Assembly: GCA_017303575.1 (NCBI GenBank)
Contig: JAFLCL010000003.1
Coordinates: 9,093-73,092, forward strand
DNA from: Deltaproteobacteria bacterium
Lineage (GTDB): Bacteria > Myxococcota_A > Polyangia > Polyangiales > Sandaracinaceae
Direction: 5' to 3'
Length of the DNA: 64,000 nt
Each line of letters starts with the position of its first letter. The stretch's first letter is position 1. Under the pieces are notes generated by a model. That model saw only the letters and a list, made by a program, of their open reading frames with translations, was not told the DNA's origin and made no database searches. The position numbers and the translations under genes were made by a program. Shown here piece by piece: positions 57,854 through 64,000 of this stretch.

Positions 57854-58852
57854 ATGAAGCGGTCACGCGTGCTCGCTGTTCGCACCGTCCTCTTCGGCGT
57901 CACCTCGACGCTTGCGAGCCTCCTCGCCTCGGGGTGTGTCGTGGATCGCGGCGACCTCGCAAGCGACGCCCCGCTCGAGGGTGTCGATGCCGCGGTGCTC
58001 GATGCAGGCGAGCGCGTCGACGCGGCCGCGGACGCGCGGGACCTCGATGCGTTCTCGCCCATCGACGTCTTCGCCCCGCGCGACGTGCCCGCACCGATCG
58101 ACACGGCAATCGACGCCTTCTCGCCGATCGACGTGCTCATGCCCGACGCCTACACGCCGCCCGACGTGCTCACGCCCCCGGACGTGCTCACGCCCCCGGA
58201 CGTGTTCACGCCCCCGGACGTGTTCACGCCGCCCGACGCGTTCGTCCCGCCCGATGCCTTCGACGTGCGAGGGGATCTCGTCGCTTGGTATCCATTCGGC
58301 AGCGATCCGCTCTCGGACGCGAGCGGCAACGGCCACACGCTCACGAACCTCGGCGTCAGCTTCTCGGGGCGCGTGGGTACGTTCTCCGCGAGCGACGCGC
58401 TGTACACGGCCGATGCCGCCGACCTCGACGCCATCGTCGCCGTCGCCGCGTGGATCCGTCCCGCACGAATCCCGACGGGGAGCAACCGCATGGGCCTGAT
58501 CGATCGCGAGGGGGGCTTCAGCCTCTTTCTCTACAGCCGCGGCCGTCCTGCGTGCCAGCTGACCGGTGATCGCGTCTTCACGCCCGACGATGCCGTGACC
58601 GCCGACACCTGGGCCCACGTCGCGTGCGTCCGCGACGCGACCAGCATGACAGTTCGTGTCTACGTGAACGGCATCGAGCGCGCGAGCGCGCCAGCGGCCG
58701 CGACGGCCGACAGCACGGAGCGCCTGCAGATCGGCCAGAACTGCTGTGACAGCTCCGACGAATTCGCGGGCGACCTCTCCGACGTACGCCTCTACCGTCG
58801 CCCTCTCAGCGGCGGCGAAGTGGGCGTCCTCGCCGCGACGCCGCCGCCGTGA
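57854..58852 (+). CDS. LamG/concanavalin-A-like lipoprotein with TPPDV tandem repeats
   Basis: ATG 57854 (GTG 57845 is an alternative). Lipobox LLASGC. DA-rich and TPPDV(L/F) linker. C-terminal WAHVACVRD..VRVYVNG..GDLSDVRLYRRPLS is typical of LamG domains. Confidence 0.75.
   Translation: MKRSRVLAVRTVLFGVTSTLASLLASGCVVDRGDLASDAPLEGVDAAVLDAGERVDAAADARDLDAFSPIDVFAPRDVPAPIDTAIDAFSPIDVLMPDAYTPPDVLTPPDVLTPPDVFTPPDVFTPPDAFVPPDAFDVRGDLVAWYPFGSDPLSDASGNGHTLTNLGVSFSGRVGTFSASDALYTADAADLDAIVAVAAWIRPARIPTGSNRMGLIDREGGFSLFLYSRGRPACQLTGDRVFTPDDAVTADTWAHVACVRDATSMTVRVYVNGIERASAPAAATADSTERLQIGQNCCDSSDEFAGDLSDVRLYRRPLSGGEVGVLAATPPP
58154..58261. repeat. 18-bp in-frame tandem repeat, 6 copies (ACGCCCCCGGACGTGYTC)
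   Basis: Units at 58154, 58172, 58190, 58208, 58226 and 58244. Encode TPPDVL/TPPDVF/TPPDAF/VPPDAF. Confidence 0.9.
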
Positions 58853-59127
58853 CGGGCGCGGCGAGCGATCGAGCGCGACAGCGAGAGCGTCTCGCGGCAT
58901 TGCTCCTCGACGCCGTCGACGCCGTGCAGGAGGACACGCTGAGCGGCTTGCTGAGGGCAGGGGAGCACCGCGTGATGCTGGAGATCCTCTTGGATCAGCG
59001 CTCGGAGTCTTCGCTCGTCCTCTCGCGCGAGACGCTCGTCGAGATCCGCTCGCTCTCGCACGAGCTCGGCGTGTCCGCGCCCGAGCGGCGATGGATCGAC
59101 GAGCGGCTCGCGACGATGCCCTCCTGA
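58849..59127 (+). CDS. small hypothetical protein (92 aa), translationally coupled to the LamG gene
   Basis: GTG 58849 overlaps the LamG stop (GTGA). Predicted helical. Acceptable GC3. No family recognised. Confidence 0.45.
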   Translation: MTGAASDRARQRERLAALLLDAVDAVQEDTLSGLLRAGEHRVMLEILLDQRSESSLVLSRETLVEIRSLSHELGVSAPERRWIDERLATMPS

Positions 59128-59168
59128 CGCCGCTTGGATTCGCGAGCGTCCCGCGAGACGCTCCGCGC

Positions 59169-60431
59169 ATGTTCATCAGCGGCATGAGTGGCAACGAGAT
59201 CTACTGCCTTCGGCTCAAGGGGATCGAGCCCGCCGAGATCACCGTCGGCAACAGCGTGCGATCGCTCGGCGTCGCCGGCGGCCTCTCGAGCTTCGGTCGC
59301 TCGCTCGCGGGCGGTGAGATCGGCGCGATCACCGAGATGATCTCCGAAGGCCGTCACGCCGCGATCCAGCGCATGGAGGACGAGGCGCGCAAGCACAACG
59401 CGACCGGCGTGACAGGCGTGGTGTCCGAGCTGCGCACCCTCGCGGGCTACACCGAGTTCCTCGCGCAAGGCACGTCGGTGAACGACACGCGCGGCACGCT
59501 CCCGTTCTTCTCCAGCGCGGCCTCGGGCATCGAGCTCTACTGCCACCTCGACGCGGGCTATCGGCCGATGAAGTTCGTGATGGGCAACATCGCGTACGCG
59601 CTCGGCGTCGGTCGCGGCCTCATGGGCTCGGTGCGCACGCTCGCGCGAGGCGAGGTCCACGAGTTCAGCTCGATGTACAACCAGATCCGCCACACGGCGC
59701 TGAACCGGCTGAAGGAAGAGGCGGCGCGCGCAGGGGCCAACGCGGTGGTCGACGTGAACGTGCAGATGCTCCCGCACGGCCCCGGCACCGTGGAGCTGCT
59801 GCTCACCGGCACCGCGTCGCATCACGACGGCATCTCGCCCGGCCCCGTGAGCGCCGCGCAGGTCGTCACCTCGGAGCTCTCGGGCGAAGAGCTCTGGAAC
59901 CTCACGCAGCTCGGCCTCGTGCCGCACCAGCTCGTGATGGCGACGAGCGTCTACTCGCTGGGCGTGGTGGGCGGCATCGGCGCGCTCTTCCAGGGCCTGG
60001 CGCGCGGCGAGCTCACCGAGGTGACCAAGCTCGTGTACGAGGCGCGCGAGAACTGCCTCGAGCTCATCCGCAAAGAAGCGCAGCAGATCGGCGCCGAGCG
60101 GGTGATCGGCAACAAGCTCCAGATCCGCGAGATCGGCAGCGGCATGATCGAGGTCGTCGCGGTGGGCACGGCGGTGCGACGCGGTGACGATCGCTTCAAG
60201 ACCGAGACGGCGCAGCTGATTCCGCAGGCCGTCATCGTCGACAAGGGCTCGGAGCGCAGCGGCGCGGCCATCTCCACCATCGCGCCCGCGATCGCCCCGA
60301 TGCAGGTGGCGAATCAGGGCGCGCAGATGGCGGGCAACCAGGCCGTGGGCTGCATCGTCTCCATCGTCGTCTTCGGCTTCATCATGATGGTGAGCCTCGT
60401 CGCGGCGTTGCTCGAAGCCGTGAACCGCTGA
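59169..60431 (+). CDS. triple YbjQ (UPF0145/DUF74) domain protein with C-terminal TM helix
   Basis: Three consecutive modules of about 105 aa, each with G.E...L..G..P...V.G......G and A...A...GA.(A/R)V(V/I) blocks (for example ARAGANAVVDVNV, IGAERVIGNKL). TM helix CIVSIVVFGFIMMVSLVAALL. Confidence 0.8.
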   Translation: MFISGMSGNEIYCLRLKGIEPAEITVGNSVRSLGVAGGLSSFGRSLAGGEIGAITEMISEGRHAAIQRMEDEARKHNATGVTGVVSELRTLAGYTEFLAQGTSVNDTRGTLPFFSSAASGIELYCHLDAGYRPMKFVMGNIAYALGVGRGLMGSVRTLARGEVHEFSSMYNQIRHTALNRLKEEAARAGANAVVDVNVQMLPHGPGTVELLLTGTASHHDGISPGPVSAAQVVTSELSGEELWNLTQLGLVPHQLVMATSVYSLGVVGGIGALFQGLARGELTEVTKLVYEARENCLELIRKEAQQIGAERVIGNKLQIREIGSGMIEVVAVGTAVRRGDDRFKTETAQLIPQAVIVDKGSERSGAAISTIAPAIAPMQVANQGAQMAGNQAVGCIVSIVVFGFIMMVSLVAALLEAVNR

Positions 60432-60547
60432 CGTCTCGGGCACTTCGAACGCCCGCGAGTCTTGCCCGCCTGGGATGCATCGGGTACGAAGCGCGGCCTT
60501 TCGAGAGAAAGGGTGGGCTTTTCGGCCCGTTGCGAGCTTCCGAGCCC

Positions 60548-61846
60548 ATGAGCGATCCGAGCCCGATCCGTGCCGTCAAAGGCATGAACGACGTCCTTCC
60601 CGATGCGATGCCGCGCTGGCATCGCCTCGAGGCCGCGTTCCGCGAGACAGCGCGCCGCTACGGCTACGGGGAGGTGCGCACGCCGCTCGTCGAGCCGACG
60701 CCACTCTTCGTGCGCTCGATCGGCGAGGCCACCGACATCGTCAGCAAGGAGATGTACACGTTCGTCGACAAGGGCGACGACATGCTCACGCTGCGGCCCG
60801 AGGGCACCGCGTCGGCGGTGCGCGCGTACGTCGAGCACTCGGTGAACGGCCAGGAGCCGGTGTCGAAGTGGTACTACCTCGGCCCGATGTTCCGTCGTGA
60901 GCGGCCCGCGCGCGGGCGCTACCGACAGTTCTGGCAGGCGGGGCTCGAGTGCTTCGGCGATCCGGGGCCGCAGATCGACGCCGAGATGATCGAGATGGTC
61001 GTCACGCTGCTCTCGTCGCTCGGCGTGCAGGACATCGAGGTCCTCGTGAACTCGCTGGGGTCGCGCGAGACGCGTGGCCGCTACCGCGAGACGCTGCGGG
61101 CGTTCCTCCAGCCTCACGAGGCGAGGCTCTCCGAGGAGAGCAAGCAGCGCCTGATCACGAACCCGCTGCGCATCCTCGATAGCAAGAGCCCGACCGATCA
61201 GGAGATCTGCGCGGGCGCGCCCTCGATCCTCGATCTGCTGGACGAGGCCGACAAGAAGCACTTCGACGAGCTCACCCAGACGCTCACCGCGCTCGGCACG
61301 AAGTTCCGCGTCGAGCCGAAGCTGGTGCGCGGCCTCGACTACTACTCACGCACGCTCTTCGAGATCCAGGGCAAGGGCGGCGAGCTCGGGGCGCAGAACG
61401 CGCTCTGCGGCGGCGGTCGATACGATGGTCTGGTGAAAGAGCTGGGCGGCCCGGACGTACCGTCGATCGGTTTCGCCATGGGACTCGAGCGCATCCTCCT
61501 CGCACTGCCGAACGAAGCGAACGTGCGCTCGCTCGATGCTGTCGTGGTGGTGACCGAGCCATCGATGAACGTGAAGGCCGCGGTGCTGCTCAAGTCCCTG
61601 CGCGACGCGGGGCTCACGGCGGAGGGCGACCTGCGAGGCCAGTCGATGAAGAGCCAGCTGCGGCGCGCGGAGAAGCTCGGCGCGCGCACGGTGATCATCC
61701 TCGGTCCGGCGGAAGAAGCGCGCGGCGTCGTGCAGCTCAAGGACATGCGCGCGCGTCATCAGGAGGACGTGACGCACGCCGAGGTCATCGCCGCGGTGCG
61801 CACGCGCCTCGCGATGGACGCGCCGATCGACGGGGCCACGCGGTGA
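60548..61846 (+). CDS. hisS: histidine--tRNA ligase
   Basis: GMNDVLP, LRPEGTASAVRAY, FRRERPARGRYRQFWQ (motif 2), GGGRYDGL (motif 3). C-terminal anticodon-binding domain. Confidence 0.95.
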   Translation: MSDPSPIRAVKGMNDVLPDAMPRWHRLEAAFRETARRYGYGEVRTPLVEPTPLFVRSIGEATDIVSKEMYTFVDKGDDMLTLRPEGTASAVRAYVEHSVNGQEPVSKWYYLGPMFRRERPARGRYRQFWQAGLECFGDPGPQIDAEMIEMVVTLLSSLGVQDIEVLVNSLGSRETRGRYRETLRAFLQPHEARLSEESKQRLITNPLRILDSKSPTDQEICAGAPSILDLLDEADKKHFDELTQTLTALGTKFRVEPKLVRGLDYYSRTLFEIQGKGGELGAQNALCGGGRYDGLVKELGGPDVPSIGFAMGLERILLALPNEANVRSLDAVVVVTEPSMNVKAAVLLKSLRDAGLTAEGDLRGQSMKSQLRRAEKLGARTVIILGPAEEARGVVQLKDMRARHQEDVTHAEVIAAVRTRLAMDAPIDGATR

Positions 61847-63678
61847 GCGTGATCCGCGTCGCCCTGGTCTCGTGCTTCGTGAGCGCGCTCGTCGCGCTCG
61901 TCGGCGGGGGATCGGCGCGCGCGCAGTACCAGCTCCAGGATCCGACCGCGCGCGATGCCAGCGACGACGAGGACGAGGAGTACGAAGAAGACGAGGAAGC
62001 CGACGCGGACGCGGATGCGGATGCGGATGCCGAGGCGGACGCCGAAGCCGAAGCCGAAGCGGACGCCGAAGCCGAAGCCGACGCCGAAGCCGAAGCGGAC
62101 GCCGTTCCTCCCGCGGAAGCCGCCCATCCGTCCGACGGACGCACCACGCGCTTCCTGCCGCCCGAGCCGCCTCCTCCGCAAGACGGCGACTTCTCTCTGC
62201 CGATCCCGCCCATCTTCCTCCACGAGCGGCGCGCGGGGATCACCACGACGGCGGTCTTCCCCTCGTTCTACCTGCGCGAGTCACCAGGCACGAGCGAGCT
62301 GGTCATCCCGCCCCTCTACCACCGCGAAGGAGCCGAGCCCTTCGACGTCGTGTTCCCGCTCTTCTGGTGGTATCGCGGCGAGGGCCACCACACGTGGATC
62401 GCAGGGCCGGTGTTCCATCACGAGGACGCGCAGAGCCACGACGTGGGCGTCGCGCCGCTCTTCATGAGCGGCCATCACGAGGGCGGACGCTACTACCACC
62501 TCATCCCTCCGCTGCTCTTCGGCGCGTGGGGAAGCGAGGACGAGGACTACCTCACAGCGGGCCTGCTCGCGTACCGCTTCCGCAGCCACGACGACGAGCG
62601 CTGGGGCCTCTTCCCGCTCCTCTGGGTGCACAACTCGCCACGGGAGGAGTACCAGTTCGTCCCGCCTCTCTTCTGGCGCTGGCGCAACCCCGAGATCAAC
62701 CGAACGCTCACGATCCTGGGGCCGGTCTACTACCAAGAGGACCCGGCGGAGAGCTTCTGGGGCCTGGCGCCGCTGGTCCATCACGACGAGGGACCGGGCT
62801 TCCACTCGACGACGATCCCGCCGCTGCTGTTCCACTGGTCGGAGTCGCCCGACGCGTTCCGACTCGCGACACCCGCGTTCCTCTACCTCCGCGAGGGCAC
62901 GAGCGAGACGCTGGTCTCCTGGGTCTATCAGCGCTACCGCGGCGCGACCGAGCTCGACGCCGTCTTGCCGCTCTTCGCGCACATCCGCGATCCACGCGAT
63001 CACAGCGAGACGCTGATGGTCACGCCGCTCGCGTGGCACTGGTCGAGCCCCGCCTACGACAACTGGGCCATCGCGCCGTTCTTCCTCAGCCTGCGCGAGC
63101 ACGGCCGGAGCCACCTCTGGCTCACGCCGCTCTTCGGCAACTTCGTGAACGAAGAGACGCACGACGAGACCACCTGGGTGCTGCCCACCGTGCAGGTCTC
63201 GCGCTGGCACGACGGCGACGCCGTGAACATCCACCCGCTCTGGTACTACGAGAGCGTCCCGAGCCATCACCACGCGGTGCTCAACCCGTTCTGGTGGGAC
63301 TTCGAGAACTACGAGAACCACAGCCGCTACACGGTCGCGTTCCCGTTCTACTACCGCGTGGTCGAGGGCGTGACGGAGTCGCAGGTCACGCTGCCGCTCG
63401 CCACGTACTTCCGTCGTCGACAGTGGACGCACGAAGGTCGCTGGGAGTGGGAGCTCCACGTGAGCGGCCTGTTCGACTACGGCGAGCGCTCGGACGGCGA
63501 GCACTGGTGGCGCGTGCTCTACGGCCTCGTCGGCTGGGAGCACCGCATCGGGCACGATCGCCTCTGGCTCTTCTACCTGCCGATCGACTTCGCGAACTCG
63601 GCGACGCTCCCGGAGACGCCAGCGACCGAGACCTCGCCCGCTGCGTCGATCCCCACGTTCGAGCCGCCCCGCTTCTGA
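61843..63678 (+). CDS. secreted repeat protein (about 22 aromatic/Pro repeats) with acidic (D/E-A)n tract
   Basis: GTG 61843 overlaps the hisS stop (GTGA). Signal peptide ending SARA/QY. (D/E)A tract. Then about 20-aa repeats centred on x-P-L/P-F/L-W/Y/H. Confidence 0.7.
   Translation: MSVIRVALVSCFVSALVALVGGGSARAQYQLQDPTARDASDDEDEEYEEDEEADADADADADAEADAEAEAEADAEAEADAEAEADAVPPAEAAHPSDGRTTRFLPPEPPPPQDGDFSLPIPPIFLHERRAGITTTAVFPSFYLRESPGTSELVIPPLYHREGAEPFDVVFPLFWWYRGEGHHTWIAGPVFHHEDAQSHDVGVAPLFMSGHHEGGRYYHLIPPLLFGAWGSEDEDYLTAGLLAYRFRSHDDERWGLFPLLWVHNSPREEYQFVPPLFWRWRNPEINRTLTILGPVYYQEDPAESFWGLAPLVHHDEGPGFHSTTIPPLLFHWSESPDAFRLATPAFLYLREGTSETLVSWVYQRYRGATELDAVLPLFAHIRDPRDHSETLMVTPLAWHWSSPAYDNWAIAPFFLSLREHGRSHLWLTPLFGNFVNEETHDETTWVLPTVQVSRWHDGDAVNIHPLWYYESVPSHHHAVLNPFWWDFENYENHSRYTVAFPFYYRVVEGVTESQVTLPLATYFRRRQWTHEGRWEWELHVSGLFDYGERSDGEHWWRVLYGLVGWEHRIGHDRLWLFYLPIDFANSATLPETPATETSPAASIPTFEPPRF
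61999..62103. repeat. 6-nt periodic GA(C/A/G)-GCN microsatellite-like tract (about 17 units)
   Basis: gccgacgcggacgcggatgcggatgcggatgccgaggcggacgccgaagccgaagccgaagcggac and onward. Encodes ADADADADAEADAEAEAEADAEAEADAEAEADA. Confidence 0.85.
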
Positions 63679-63682
63679 TCGC

Positions 63683-64000
63683 TCAGGGCGAGCTGAGCGC
63701 GGTGACGATCGCGACGATCCACGCGATCGAGATCGGCAGCACGAGCAGGGCACCGATCAGCGCCATCGCAGGCGAGCGAGGGCGGGCAGGGCGCCCGAGC
63801 GCGCCGACCACCAGCCCTTCGATCACGTCGAACCCATTCAGTGAGGGCAGGGGCAGGAGGTTGAACAGCGCGAGGCGCACGGCCAGCGCCGCGCCTGCAT
63901 GAAGCGGCGCGTGCTCGGCGTGCGCGATCCACGCGCTCACGAGCGGCGCGCCGACCTCGAGCGGGGCCCACGCGCCCTCGAGCAGCTGGAGCGCCGCGCG
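63683..64000 (-). CDS. M50-family (site-2 protease-like) membrane metalloprotease, 3' part (continues past window end)
   Basis: Frame open to nt 64000. LFNLLPLPSLNGFDV resembles the NxxPxxxLDG motif of M50 proteases. Hydrophobic C-terminus. Confidence 0.55.
   Translation of the reverse strand, partial: RAALQLLEGAWAPLEVGAPLVSAWIAHAEHAPLHAGAALAVRLALFNLLPLPSLNGFDVIEGLVVGALGRPARPRSPAMALIGALLVLPISIAWIVAIVTALSSP

Noticed and set aside
56786-60431. Genomic island integrated at the tRNA gene
   Set aside because: I could find no integrase or recombinase and no direct repeat of the tRNA 3' end downstream. Composition does not shift, and the downstream genes have native-like codon usage.

Overview
Very GC-rich DNA (about 70% by eye, strong GC3 bias) that looks like a chromosomal segment of a myxobacterium. 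The taxonomic call rests on two proteins ending in MYXO-CTERM-type sorting tails, many lipobox lipoproteins, and Asp/Ala-rich linkers. Coding is dense: I call about 55 CDS, one pseudogene remnant and one tRNA (anticodon CAT). I found no rRNA, CRISPR array, transposase, integrase or recognisable defence system.

Housekeeping anchors are glnB (P-II), dnaG-rpoD, uvrC, ilvE and hisS. Between them lie envelope, secreted and signalling genes:
- a six-gene, translationally coupled MoxR AAA+ operon (vWA lipoprotein, B-box Zn-finger membrane protein, DUF4129, DUF4350, MoxR, DUF58), divergent from a double-FHA protein
- an FHA/Zn-ribbon, CPBP protease and PHP-like hydrolase operon
- a coupled pair of MYXO-CTERM surface proteins (FG-GAP and beta-helix)
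- two paralogous small genes flanking an opposite-strand membrane-protein gene
- a BLUF photoreceptor beside two tandem S1 proteases
- an ABC exporter plus ATP-grasp pair
- a triple YbjQ fusion protein
- a roughly 22-repeat aromatic/Pro secreted protein coupled to hisS

Four-nucleotide start/stop overlaps (GTGA, ATGA, TTGA) are frequent. Most of the very long ORFs in the six-frame track are Arg/Ala/Gly/Pro-rich antisense or off-frame artefacts of the GC content, and I rejected them. All family assignments come from motifs read by eye and from memory of family signatures. None has been checked by a database search.
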